Part shown: positions 29,992 to 38,601 of the stretch, piece after piece | How the letters are laid out: each line of letters begins with the position of its first letter | Numbering within the stretch: position 1 is the first letter of the stretch | Sequence record: NC_106513.1 | Source of the DNA: Escherichia phage vB_EcoS_ESCO30 | DNA length: 64,000 nucleotides | Strand: one strand, 5' to 3' | The notes under the pieces: model-generated | What the model saw: only the letters and a program-made list of their open reading frames with translations | What the model was told of the DNA's origin: nothing | The model's database searches: none | Translations under genes and position numbers: made by a program

Positions 29992-30630
29992 ATGACTACT
30001 CGTATTTCTAAAACTCGCGCTCTGGCAACTATCAAATCTCTGGAAGCTAAAATCCGTAAAGCTACTGAACAACAGCTTCTGATCGCTGTTGGTGAAGGTA
30101 AGGATAAAAATAAGGTTGTAGTTGGCGCTGCAATCGAAGTAGACGATCTGTCTAATCGTATTAGGACAGATTTCCAGTCTCTGCTGGATATGATGTCCCA
30201 GCGTGACCGAATCAAAGCAGCTTTGATTAAGAGCAATGCGGAAACAATCGTTGAGATTGGTTCTCGTAAAATGACTGTTGCAGAAGCAATTGAAGCTAAA
30301 CGTTCTATGGAGCTTAAAGCTCAGTTGCTGGCTAATATGCGTAAGCAGTTCCATGCCGCTACGGTTAAGTTTAATACGCAGAAAGCACAGTTTGATGCTA
30401 AATATGAGCGTTTGCAGGATAGCATGGCTACCCGCGATAAGAAAACTTCCGAAGATGAAGTTAAAATGCAGCTCAACCTGCTGGAACTCAAGAATACTCC
30501 ATTCTTGATTGATCCGCTGGAACTGGAGAAGCTGATTAAACAGCATGACGAGGAATACCAGGACTTTGCAACAAATGTTGACTTTGTTCTGTCCGAGTCT
30601 AACGCCTCTACTTTCATTGAAGTAGAGTAA
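29992..30630 (+). CDS. hypothetical protein
   Basis: 212-aa ORF with AAGGAAG SD; antisense ORF 29959-30771 judged spurious. Confidence 0.5.
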   Translation: MTTRISKTRALATIKSLEAKIRKATEQQLLIAVGEGKDKNKVVVGAAIEVDDLSNRIRTDFQSLLDMMSQRDRIKAALIKSNAETIVEIGSRKMTVAEAIEAKRSMELKAQLLANMRKQFHAATVKFNTQKAQFDAKYERLQDSMATRDKKTSEDEVKMQLNLLELKNTPFLIDPLELEKLIKQHDEEYQDFATNVDFVLSESNASTFIEVE

Positions 30631-31013
30631 TAATTTAAAAGCTAGTAAATCGGTAGACGAAAGCCCAAGCATCTTACCTCGCAGCAGCGGTTGAAATACG
30701 AGGTTAAATAAGACCGCTGACCATACTATAAAGTATAATCTATTGGAGATTATGTTTATTACATCAGACATTTAATCTGACACGTAAAAACAAAGCGTCG
30801 TTGATATTACCGACACAACTTCAAAGATCAACATTTAAGTATGAAAGCTGAAAAGTTTAAAGAACTCAAACTTCTAAACTTCTAAAGCTAAAAGATGCAA
30901 AGTATTCGTTGATGATTCAAACCCTAGATCAAAGGTACATGGCTCGTAAGATATGGCCTGTGGCGCCTCTAGGCTGTTTATCGGTTTACTAGTTTCACAA
31001 TTTAAAAATGTAT

Positions 31014-31042
31014 TTGCTAATTTATTAAGTTTTCTGTATAAT
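31014..31042 (+). promoter_or_regulatory. strong early promoter
   Basis: -35 TTGCTA 31014-31019, 17 bp, -10 TATAAT 31037-31042. Confidence 0.7.
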
Positions 31043-31072
31043 ATATTTTTAAATTGATGAAACGAGGCTATT

Positions 31073-31390
31073 ATGACTTTTCATATTTTGATTGATGATG
31101 TGCGTAATCTTCACGGAATGGACATTATCATTCGAACCCCAGAAGCCGCTGTCGAGTTTCTGAATAAAACTGATACCACAGGCCACTTCGTTTATATGGA
31201 TAATGACTTGGCTGTAGATGGTATGGAAGGTTATCAAATTCTTCGTTTACTCTTAGAATTTGGGCAGAGACCAAAGAAAGTGGTACTAGTAACCTCGAAT
31301 CCCGTAGCTAAGCAAACTATGCGTAATGATTTGCTTGACTTGGGATACAAAGAAAACCCCAATCGTATTGAATATGATTGGCAGGAGTAA
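31073..31390 (+). CDS. hypothetical protein
   Basis: 105-aa ORF. Confidence 0.5.
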   Translation: MTFHILIDDVRNLHGMDIIIRTPEAAVEFLNKTDTTGHFVYMDNDLAVDGMEGYQILRLLLEFGQRPKKVVLVTSNPVAKQTMRNDLLDLGYKENPNRIEYDWQE

Positions 31391-31395
31391 AAAGA

Positions 31396-31845
31396 ATGAA
31401 GGCAGCTTTGCTTTTAGTAGCTGCCCTTACCTTCAGCTTTAGTAGTCAGGCATCGCACGATGCAAAAGAAATAGATTGCATTGCTAAAAATATCTATTTC
31501 GAAAGTCGTGGTGAGGGCATAAAGGGAATGACGGCGATTGCACATGTTACTAAAAACCGTGTAAACTCCGGTAAATTCCCAGATTCCTACTGTAAAGTAG
31601 TATATCAGTCTAACCAGTTCTCTTGGGTATCTAAGAGACCAAAAGTTGATAAAACTGATGAGGCTTGGCAAACCGCTAAGAATTTAGCTAGAGTGATATA
31701 CTACGTTGATTTACCACAAGATCCTACATATGGAGCACTTTACTTCCATAGTGGTAAAGATAAACCTTACTGGACAAAGAAGTTTAAGAAAACAACTAAG
31801 ATTAAGGGACATACGTTTTATAAACCTGTTGTCACTAAAACTTAA
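31396..31845 (+). CDS. secreted SleB-like cell wall hydrolase
   Basis: Signal peptide MKAALLLVAALTFSFSSQA; SleB-like pattern AKNIYFESRGE...AHVTKNRV...YCKVVYQ..QFSW; alternative start 31378. Confidence 0.6.
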   Translation: MKAALLLVAALTFSFSSQASHDAKEIDCIAKNIYFESRGEGIKGMTAIAHVTKNRVNSGKFPDSYCKVVYQSNQFSWVSKRPKVDKTDEAWQTAKNLARVIYYVDLPQDPTYGALYFHSGKDKPYWTKKFKKTTKIKGHTFYKPVVTKT

Positions 31846-31853
31846 AAATTTAC

Positions 31854-31882
31854 TTGCTTAAATACTTAAATTTCCGTATAAT
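31854..31882 (+). promoter_or_regulatory. strong early promoter
   Basis: -35 TTGCTT 31854-31859, 17 bp, -10 TATAAT 31877-31882. Confidence 0.7.
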
Positions 31883-31913
31883 ACTTCCATAAATTAATGA
31901 GAGGAAGCGAAAT

Positions 31914-32084
31914 ATGAAATCAGTTGTAATTATTGGTGTTAACACTCGCGGTATTCGTACTACGAAAACTGTTAAAACTTCTAACGTTGCTGAGATCACT
32001 ACGAACCCTAAAAAGTTTGATTTCGCCAAAGTCTCAGCAGTTATGACAGAACAATCTTTTAACCAAGCGTTAGGAATGAAATAA
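31914..32084 (+). CDS. hypothetical small protein
   Basis: 56-aa ORF below track cut-off; GAGGAAG SD; TAATG overlap with next gene. Confidence 0.4.
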   Translation: MKSVVIIGVNTRGIRTTKTVKTSNVAEITTNPKKFDFAKVSAVMTEQSFNQALGMK

Positions 32085-32527
32085 TGGAAGAGAATATTTT
32101 AGATGTTTTGCGTAGAGCTTTGCAGGATTCTAAGTTTAATGGTTCTGATAAAGAAGTCGCTAAAAGCTATCAGACCATAATCGGGGATCTTCAGCGTATT
32201 GATAAAGATTTCATCACTTCTGAACAATTTGTGTCTTATCTCAAAGCTCAACTAAAAAGCATTAACCAGATGAAAGCTAAACTTCATGGTCAAGATCTTG
32301 ATAGTTATAGCTTGCAGTCCGCTCAGTATGAATACATTCTAAATAAGTGGTTGCAGGAGTATCTGCCTCCTCAGTTATCTGATACTGAGATTCGTAAATA
32401 CTTTGCAGAATTAGTTAAGCTAAACCCTGGAATTACAAAAGGTATGCTGATGAAAGCGATTAAGGAAGAATTTCCTGGGCGTTATGATGGTGGTACTGCT
32501 GCTCAGATTGCTGGCGAATTTAATTAA
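32084..32527 (+). CDS. hypothetical protein with YqeY/GatB-like C-terminal region
   Basis: C-terminal ...ITKGMLMKAIKEEFPGRYDGGTAAQIAGEF resembles YqeY-type domain (low certainty). Confidence 0.45.
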   Translation: MEENILDVLRRALQDSKFNGSDKEVAKSYQTIIGDLQRIDKDFITSEQFVSYLKAQLKSINQMKAKLHGQDLDSYSLQSAQYEYILNKWLQEYLPPQLSDTEIRKYFAELVKLNPGITKGMLMKAIKEEFPGRYDGGTAAQIAGEFN

Positions 32528-32535
32528 AAATTTAT

Positions 32536-32564
32536 TTGCTAAATGCTTATAAATTCTGTATAAT
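32536..32564 (+). promoter_or_regulatory. strong early promoter driving ORF-free RNA region
   Basis: -35 TTGCTA 32536-32541, 17 bp, -10 TATAAT 32559-32564; no SD/ORF downstream. Confidence 0.65.
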
Positions 32565-33361
32565 ATATTCATAAATTAGAGAACAGCGAGCCGATTACGC
32601 TGAGTGCAGAATCCCAACCGGAGCGCATTGAATAGAGTCGGTGGGTTAGTTGGAAAACTAGTACACAGGGGGCGGCAATCCCGGTTAGTGGCTAGAACGT
32701 GTAAAATGAGGCGTCTGAAACCTCTCCCCTAAACTCTTCTCTAATTTACTGATAGTGGGGTGTGGAAATCACTTATGTAGTAACACTGCCGATCTAGTAT
32801 AAACGGTATTATCAAGCCGTAACTGGTGGAAGATGTAGGTTCGAATCCTACGGTCGGTAAGAACTGGATAACTGGTGCTTTTAACGTAAAAGCTTCCGAG
32901 GTTAGTTGCGCACTGCCTAAACCACGCGGTAGTTGGTTCCAGACTAACCAACCAGTCTGCTGAATAGTTTTATTACGATTTAACTATGTCCAGGCATAAA
33001 GAAGAACTTTAGAAGGTATTCTAGGTAGTGAAGTTTTTCCTCCATATCGGAGTAGTTTTTCAAGCTATCCACAAAGTGGGAAATGATGGCATGAGAGATG
33101 CCACTAATGGTGCACAATAGCACAGGTAATTCGCGATAACCCCTGTTGAGTAGCAGCAAAAAGGTGGGGAGTCATGACCCTAACCTAACCGAGTCCTCAG
33201 TATACCGCAGGACATAACCACTAAGTCACCTTGACTTAAACTGGAAAATAATAGACGTTACTGTATTTTGTCTTGAAATACTTAATGAGTGAGACTTATG
33301 ACTCTCCCGGTATCGTCTGTATTTTTAAGAGTTTTTACGAGAGTTCTTAAAAATACTTAAA

Positions 33362-33436
33362 CGGGGTGTAGTCTAAGGGAGAGGCAGGAGTCTTCTAAAT
33401 TCCTTTATGCAGGTTCGAATCCTGTCACCTCGGCCA
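33362..33436 (+). tRNA. tRNA-Arg (anticodon TCT)
   Basis: Hand-folded: acceptor CGGGGTG/CACCTCG, D-stem GTCT/AGGC, anticodon loop CTTCTAA, T-arm GCAGG-TTCGAAT-CCTGT, CCA encoded. Confidence 0.65.
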
Positions 33437-33470
33437 ATTTTATTAACTGTAACTAAGACAAAGGAAATAT

Positions 33471-34418
33471 ATGTTTAATACTAAAAATATGAAAGAACTG
33501 ACTTCTGAGCAAAAAGTAATTCGCACTATTAAACGTTGGGGTATTGGTGCTGTAGTTGGTTTAGCAGGTTTAATCCTAGCTTTTAATTCATATACTATTG
33601 TTTCTGATGGTACGGTTAAAACCCAAACATTTCTGGGTAAAGTAGATCCTAACCCAGTATTACCTGGTTTCCATCTTGTAAACCCATTTGCATCTTTCGA
33701 TACTTTTAGTACAAAAGATATTGCTGTAAAATTAGATAAACTTCAGGTTCCTAGCCAGGATAAGTTTAAATCCACTGTTGACCTGACTGTTATGTTACAA
33801 TTTGATGGTTCTAAGGCACCGATCAACCGTATTAACGCAGGTACTCAGGATCAGGCGTTAGATAAGTATGTAACTGAGAAATTGCTATCTACTATTCGTG
33901 AATTTGGTAAGTCTGTTCCTAAAGCACAAGATTTGTTTGACGCTAAAATTCAGGCACAATTGCAAACCGCAATTCAACAGGAAGTTGAAGAGTATGCACG
34001 CCCCTATGGTTACACAGTTAAGCAAGTATTCCTTCAGGATATTACATTGCCACCGGTAATTATGGAACAGGTACAGAATACCAAAGTTCGTGAAGAACAA
34101 GTTAATGCTGCGAAAGCTGAATTGGCTCGTGTTGAACAAGAAGCACAGCAGAAGGTTAAACAAGCAGAAGCAGATCGTGAAGCTCGTAACAACCAAGCTA
34201 TTGCAAACGAACGTGATGCAGATGCTAAACTGTACGCAGCTAAGAAAGAAGCTGAAGCTAACGCTGCTCTGCAACGTACTATTACTCCTGAGATGATTCG
34301 TTGGAAACAACTAGAAGTTGAAATGATTCGTGCTCAGAAATATCAAGGTGGTGTACCGCAAACAGTAGTTGGCACTGGTTACGATGGCCAGATGATTATG
34401 GATATGCGTAACAAGTAA
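33471..34418 (+). CDS. SPFH/band-7 domain membrane protein
   Basis: N-terminal TM helix, SPFH-like core and long Ala/Gln/Glu coiled-coil tail. Confidence 0.65.
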   Translation: MFNTKNMKELTSEQKVIRTIKRWGIGAVVGLAGLILAFNSYTIVSDGTVKTQTFLGKVDPNPVLPGFHLVNPFASFDTFSTKDIAVKLDKLQVPSQDKFKSTVDLTVMLQFDGSKAPINRINAGTQDQALDKYVTEKLLSTIREFGKSVPKAQDLFDAKIQAQLQTAIQQEVEEYARPYGYTVKQVFLQDITLPPVIMEQVQNTKVREEQVNAAKAELARVEQEAQQKVKQAEADREARNNQAIANERDADAKLYAAKKEAEANAALQRTITPEMIRWKQLEVEMIRAQKYQGGVPQTVVGTGYDGQMIMDMRNK

Positions 34419-34442
34419 TACCCACATGTAATATTCGAAGTA

Positions 34443-34477
34443 AGCCCTGCGTTCCCTGGAGAGCGCAGGGCTTTTCT
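34443..34477 (+). terminator. rho-independent terminator
   Basis: AGCCCTGCG...CGCAGGGCT 9-bp stem followed by TTTTCT. Confidence 0.75.
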
Positions 34478-34488
34478 GTATTTAAGGT

Positions 34489-34532
34489 AAAAGAAAAGCC
34501 CCTAAGTCTTTCGACTAGGGGCTTTATTGTTT
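34489..34532. terminator. bidirectional rho-independent terminator between convergent units
   Basis: GCCCCTA...TAGGGGC stem flanked by AAAAGAAAA upstream and TTTATTGTTT downstream. Confidence 0.6.
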
Positions 34533-34742
34533 GGTTCTTTAGAACCATATACTCTTATTACAGCAACCACCCATACGGGAGGCCAATCTTGACTGAAAAT
34601 CTACTCTAGGGGGCAGGATAAGAGTAGGCTTAAAGGCAAAGGGATTGAACGCCGGTATTTGTGTAAACATTGCTGGAGAGCAACAACGTGCTACAGGCAT
34701 TGGGCAGCACGAAACAGATTTTCTGCAACACATAATTCCTCC

Positions 34743-35159
34743 TTAGGAGTTATTATCACCATTTTGAGCTTTTGCAACTTGGCTTTGGCAGAAGCTATTA
34801 AACTTACCCATAAGTGATACAAGCTGTTTCCCATCCTCTGTCTTTGCGAAGTCTTCGAAAAGGGCTAGTACTGCCTGTCCTTCCGCAGAAACCTGCGGTT
34901 GTTGGGTTTGTTGCTGAACTTGCTGCTGAGCCACCTGTTGCTGCATTTGTTGAGGCATTTGCGACTGCCCGCTCATTTGCTGCATCATTTGCATAGGACT
35001 CACACTTCCAGGGTTTTGCTGGAGTTGTTGCTGCATCTGTTGCGCTTCTGCTAAACGCTGTTGCAACTGTTGTAGGTAAGGGTTATCCAGTCCCGGAACG
35101 GGCTGCTGGGAGCCCATTTGTTGATTAAATCCGTTGTTTACAAAACCATATTTACTCAT
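34743..35159 (-). CDS. glutamine-rich low-complexity protein
   Basis: 138-aa ORF, about 30% Gln with QQMQQQ repeats; convergent to neighbours. Confidence 0.5.
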   Translation of the reverse strand: MSKYGFVNNGFNQQMGSQQPVPGLDNPYLQQLQQRLAEAQQMQQQLQQNPGSVSPMQMMQQMSGQSQMPQQMQQQVAQQQVQQQTQQPQVSAEGQAVLALFEDFAKTEDGKQLVSLMGKFNSFCQSQVAKAQNGDNNS

Positions 35160-35180
35160 AATGGGCTCCTCCCCTTAATT

Positions 35181-36161
35181 TTAAGCCGGCAGTTTAGCCT
35201 GCAGACCAGCCAGAGTCTGAGTGATAGCACCAAGACTTACAGCGATTTGGTTGATTACCTGACCGTTTGCACCACTACCTGCAGCGATTGCTTCGCGCAG
35301 ACGGCATTCATTCAGTTCGTCCTGGATACGTGCAGTAGTTACACCAGCGATTGCAGTCTGAAGCTCACAGCAACATTCAGCAAGCTGACGTTCGATAGCG
35401 TTCTGGTTAGCACACATCTGAGCCTGAACAGCGGCAAACTGGTTGTTGGTCTGAATAGACTGCTGGAAAGCAATCTGAGCAGAGTCAAACTTATCTTGAG
35501 CACGTGCTATCTGGTTAGCAGCGAAAGACTGATCCATCTGACGAGAAAGATCGAACTGACCCTGAATAACGTTACGAGTTTCAGCACAGATCTGATTTGA
35601 CAGATTAGCACCTGTACCATAGATAGTAGTCAGAACTTGCTGAGTGCTAGCAGCTTGAGCAGCTCCCACACCGTTTACTGCGCTTAGAACAGCCCCAGTG
35701 CCCTGGTTAGCTTCTGTACGAGTAGTATTGATTGCAGCTAGAATACTTGCAGTATCTTGGTTAGAAAGGATCGCGTCCACAGCAGTTCCTTCAGCGGCAA
35801 CACCAACACCGCGACCAAAACCACCAAAACCACCAAATCCGCCTGTTAATAGAGCACCGATTAGGATAGCTCCGAATAGACCCATACCTTCTCCACCGAA
35901 AGCACTTGCGTTAGCTGGGAATGCACCCATGCCAGGGAAGCCGTTAGTAAATACGTTTACTGGTTCTTGCATTTTATGTTTTCCATATTTATGACAATGT
36001 TCATCATCGTCATCTTCTTCATCTTTATCATCGTGTTCACGATGTTCTTCTTCGTAGGCTTTGACTTTCTCCCACTTTTTCTTATCTGATTCCTCGTGAC
36101 GATGCAGTTCTGCTGCTACGCTAGCGACGGTTTCAGGACTCTTAGCTACTTCTTCTGTCAT
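35181..36161 (-). CDS. Gly/Gln/Ala-rich protein with acidic N-terminus and hydrophobic GGFGGFGGFG segment
   Basis: ATG at 36159-36161 with AGGAGGTG SD; acidic DEEDDDDEH stretch, hydrophobic MGLFGAILIGALLTGGFGGFGGFG, long Q/A/N-rich tail with CCC motif. Confidence 0.5.
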   Translation of the reverse strand: MTEEVAKSPETVASVAAELHRHEESDKKKWEKVKAYEEEHREHDDKDEEDDDDEHCHKYGKHKMQEPVNVFTNGFPGMGAFPANASAFGGEGMGLFGAILIGALLTGGFGGFGGFGRGVGVAAEGTAVDAILSNQDTASILAAINTTRTEANQGTGAVLSAVNGVGAAQAASTQQVLTTIYGTGANLSNQICAETRNVIQGQFDLSRQMDQSFAANQIARAQDKFDSAQIAFQQSIQTNNQFAAVQAQMCANQNAIERQLAECCCELQTAIAGVTTARIQDELNECRLREAIAAGSGANGQVINQIAVSLGAITQTLAGLQAKLPA

Positions 36162-36223
36162 TTTTTGACACCTCCTAGTATATAGAAAATGTGTGTCTCT
36201 TTGATCACTCATCCATAACATAT

Positions 36224-36252
36224 ACTTTACACTACCCCGGCGAAAATGTCAA
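36224..36252 (-). promoter_or_regulatory. candidate promoter (minus strand) for low-complexity gene pair
   Basis: minus-strand -35 TTGACA (36247-36252), 17 bp, -10 TAAAGT (36224-36229), weaker -10. Confidence 0.35.
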
Positions 36253-36368
36253 GGGGTCTTTAAAAATTGCCCCCGGATTTTTAGTGGGGTCACAAATTTT
36301 GGTCCTCACCACTTATCTGCTACCCTTAAGTGCCCTATGATTTTCCCCTAAAAAGTTAAAAAATTTGA

Positions 36369-36397
36369 TTGCTTGAATGCTAAATTCTCTGTATAAT
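36369..36397 (+). promoter_or_regulatory. strong early promoter
   Basis: -35 TTGCTT 36369-36374, 17 bp, -10 TATAAT 36392-36397. Confidence 0.7.
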
Positions 36398-36427
36398 ATA
36401 TCTATAAATTTGAGAGAGGAACCAAAT

Positions 36428-36946
36428 ATGAATGTTGATGAGCTAACACAGCACCTCTTATCTAGGGGATTTGATACTGATAAATATCATTGCTGGTTAA
36501 GTCCGGAAGGATGGCTAACAGTCCCGTTGTATGATTTCTCTGGGATGTTGAGGGGCTATCAAACTTATAATCCTTCTGCTCCAAAAGGTCATGGTAAGTG
36601 CCCCCTTGAAGCTAAATACTTTACTTATTCTACCACCCAGTGTGTATGGGGACTAGAAACTCTCAATGGAGATGAAAAAGTAGTATTGATCGCTGAATCT
36701 GTATTTAAGGCAGTTGCGTTACATAACGCTGGTTATCCAGCCATAGCAATGTTGGGTTCTTCTCCAGGAAAAGCGTTATTAAAGCAACTAAAATTACTAC
36801 CTTTTAAATTGGTAGCTGTTGGTGATAATGATCCTGCTGGTGAAAAATTTGCTAGAAAATTAAACGGTTTTGTTTCTCCCGTAGATGTGGATGAGATGTC
36901 TACCGAAAACTTGAAAAATTTTCTTGCTATGAAGCTAAATTTCTAA
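36428..36946 (+). CDS. small TOPRIM-domain protein
   Basis: ATG 36428 after GAGAGAGGAA SD; TOPRIM-like Glu (VLIAES) and DxD (VGDNDPAG); track start 36377 lies inside promoter. Confidence 0.5.
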   Translation: MNVDELTQHLLSRGFDTDKYHCWLSPEGWLTVPLYDFSGMLRGYQTYNPSAPKGHGKCPLEAKYFTYSTTQCVWGLETLNGDEKVVLIAESVFKAVALHNAGYPAIAMLGSSPGKALLKQLKLLPFKLVAVGDNDPAGEKFARKLNGFVSPVDVDEMSTENLKNFLAMKLNF

Positions 36947-36967
36947 TATAATATATCTTATAAATTC

Positions 36968-37056
36968 GGAAGAATAGCATAACGGTATTGCAGCAGATTG
37001 CTAATCTGTCGGTTTGAAATATAGCCTTGTGGGTTCGATTCCCACTTCTTCCGCCA
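36968..37056 (+). tRNA. tRNA-Ser (anticodon GCT), class II
   Basis: Acceptor GGAAGAA/TTCTTCC perfect, anticodon loop TTGCTAA, long variable arm, T-arm GTGGG-TTCGATT-CCCAC, CCA encoded. Confidence 0.75.
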
Positions 37057-37062
37057 GATTTT

Positions 37063-37140
37063 GGTTCTCAAGCTCATATGGTATGAGCACCCGGCTCATA
37101 ACCGGAAGGTACGTAGGTTCGAATCCTCGGGGAGCCACCA
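37063..37140 (+). tRNA. tRNA with anticodon CAT (Met or Ile-lysidine type)
   Basis: Acceptor GGTTCTC/GGGAGCC, D-stem GCTC/GAGC, anticodon loop CTCATAA, T-loop TTCGAAT but T-stem only 3 bp; CCA encoded. Confidence 0.5.
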
Positions 37141-37160
37141 ACTTAATTAGGGGATTACAA

Positions 37161-37349
37161 GTGGAATTATACATAGTTTATGTTGTGTTCATTCAAGATA
37201 GAGAATACCCTGATGAATATAAAAAAGGATATAGATTAGCCAGAGCTACCTCTGAAGCCCAAGCTATGGATAAAGTGGCAGATTATATGATTACGGTAGA
37301 AAACGTACACTATATCGACTACCTTGAAGCCTCAAAAGTAATTGACTAG
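37161..37349 (+). CDS. hypothetical protein (GTG start)
   Basis: Track ORF 37014-37349 overlaps two tRNAs; trimmed to GTG 37161 after AGGGGA SD. Confidence 0.3.
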   Translation: MELYIVYVVFIQDREYPDEYKKGYRLARATSEAQAMDKVADYMITVENVHYIDYLEASKVID

Positions 37350-37358
37350 GGAGACTAT

Positions 37359-37544
37359 ATGTCTAAGTTTCAAGAACTCAAGCAAGAGCTAGAAGAATGT
37401 GCCTGCCCTGAATGTCTGGGGATTGGAGAAAGTTCTGATGCAGAAGCAGGAGATACTTTTTGCAATATCTGGGTTTGCCCAAATTGCAATGGTACAGGTA
37501 TTAATCCTAACTGTGGTATTTCTCTAGATATTGAAAGAGGATAA
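37359..37544 (+). CDS. hypothetical zinc-ribbon protein
   Basis: CACPECLG...CPNCNGTG Cys pairs; 61 aa. Confidence 0.45.
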   Translation: MSKFQELKQELEECACPECLGIGESSDAEAGDTFCNIWVCPNCNGTGINPNCGISLDIERG

Positions 37545-37646
37545 TACCTGTGAAACTAAAAGATTATTATATTGGTTGGTTTGTGGGACTAGTAGTAGGA
37601 TTTTCACTAGGCTATAATATGTATCAACTAATAAACTGATTACACG

Positions 37647-37723
37647 GGGGGTGTAATCGAATTGGCATAGGTACTGGACTTAAAATTCAGGTTTTGTGGG
37701 TTCGAATCCCACCACCCCTACCA
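37647..37723 (+). tRNA. tRNA, anticodon TAA (Leu-like), type uncertain
   Basis: Acceptor GGGGGTG/CACCCCT, anticodon stem CTGGA/TTCAG with loop CTTAAAA, T-arm GTGGG-TTCGAAT-CCCAC, CCA encoded; D-stem only 3 bp. Confidence 0.5.
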
Positions 37724-37738
37724 AATTAAGGAAATAAG

Positions 37739-37906
37739 ATGTATAGACATCCACCTCCGCCAACACGTCGTTCTAGGGAAGTCATCCTTATGGAATTGAC
37801 TAAAAACTTCAAGGCAACTCTTGAAGATAGAGATCTAGGCACGGATGAAGATATTGATTTTATTTGTAGACTATTAAAGATGAAACTGGAGAAACAACAT
37901 GGCTAA
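37739..37906 (+). CDS. hypothetical small protein
   Basis: 55-aa ORF below track cut-off, AAGGAAATAAG SD. Confidence 0.35.
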   Translation: MYRHPPPPTRRSREVILMELTKNFKATLEDRDLGTDEDIDFICRLLKMKLEKQHG

Positions 37907-38105
37907 TCCTGAAATTACCGCACAACGTTTCATGCTTAAAGGCATGATTGCTGAGGCAGGTATAACTCAAGAGGTTGCAGATTTTCATAAGCAATTTCTT
38001 GACATTATAACTCTAGCTAAAGAGACTGGAGAAAAAGAACATGGAGCGGCAATTATGGCTATATCTCTTATTAGTCTAGACTTGGCTGAAGAATCTGGAG
38101 TTTAG
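37899..38105 (+). CDS. hypothetical protein
   Basis: 68-aa ORF. Confidence 0.45.
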   Translation: MANPEITAQRFMLKGMIAEAGITQEVADFHKQFLDIITLAKETGEKEHGAAIMAISLISLDLAEESGV

Positions 38106-38135
38106 CTCCTCCAAACAGAATTTTTAAAAATGTAC

Positions 38136-38165
38136 TTGCCTTTTGCTTTAAATTTCTGATATAAT
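38136..38165 (+). promoter_or_regulatory. early promoter
   Basis: -35 TTGCCT 38136-38141, 18 bp, -10 TATAAT 38160-38165. Confidence 0.6.
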
Positions 38166-38195
38166 AGTTATATAAATTGATGAAGGAGTTAACGA

Positions 38196-38471
38196 ATGCA
38201 AAATCGTGTTATAGCAGCTGGTATTGAAAGTGCAATCTGTAAATCCTGGGAAGGCTGGGAAGGTGAGATTGAATGGCTTTATTTCTATGATGTAGAACTT
38301 CTGCCGGAAGTTAAAGCTAAATGTGTTAAAGCTGGCATGGCTCCGGATGCAAAAGCTGATATTGATATTTCAATGTCTGAACTTAAAGGTCGTGTAGTTA
38401 CCGTTAGTAATGAGGGGGAAGAAGTTTTCGAACTTCCATTCTCCTTAACTGTCACTCCTAAGTTCGACTAA
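38196..38471 (+). CDS. hypothetical protein
   Basis: 91-aa ORF with AAGGAG SD. Confidence 0.5.
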   Translation: MQNRVIAAGIESAICKSWEGWEGEIEWLYFYDVELLPEVKAKCVKAGMAPDAKADIDISMSELKGRVVTVSNEGEEVFELPFSLTVTPKFD

Positions 38472-38507
38472 CTAATACAGCACTGAGCAAGTTCTTTAAA
38501 ATTTGAC

Positions 38508-38536
38508 TTGCTCAGTGCCTTAAAACTTGGTATAAT
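38508..38536 (+). promoter_or_regulatory. early promoter upstream of tRNA-Tyr, overlapped by 12-bp inverted repeat
   Basis: -35 TTGCTC 38508-38513, 17 bp, -10 TATAAT 38531-38536; palindrome GCACTGAGCAAG...CTTGCTCAGTGC spans 38479-38518. Confidence 0.6.
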
Positions 38537-38601
38537 AGTTATCTAATTTGGAAACATATTTAAAAGTGTTTAAATTAGAATTTTTGAATACTTCTAAATA
38601 T

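Noticed and set aside
29959-30771. 270-aa minus-strand ORF
   Set aside because: Antisense to a promoter-driven plus-strand gene; Phe/Leu/Ser-rich as expected for antisense of AT-rich coding DNA; no promoter or SD
32834-32850. tRNA genes on the minus strand
   Set aside because: GGTTCGAATCC is nearly palindromic, but the reverse complement gives an ATTCGAA loop without TTC and no CCA; all tRNA calls kept on the plus strand
33885-34310. 141-aa minus-strand ORF
   Set aside because: Antisense within the SPFH gene; no translation signals
35118-35994. Plus-strand ORFs 35118-35600 and 35698-35994
   Set aside because: Antisense to the Gly/Gln/Ala-rich minus-strand gene; the minus frame has SD, promoter and terminator context
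37014-37349. 111-aa track ORF across two tRNA genes
   Set aside because: The 5' two-thirds overlap tRNA-Ser and a CAT tRNA; only the 3' part after GTG 37161 kept as a low-confidence ORF
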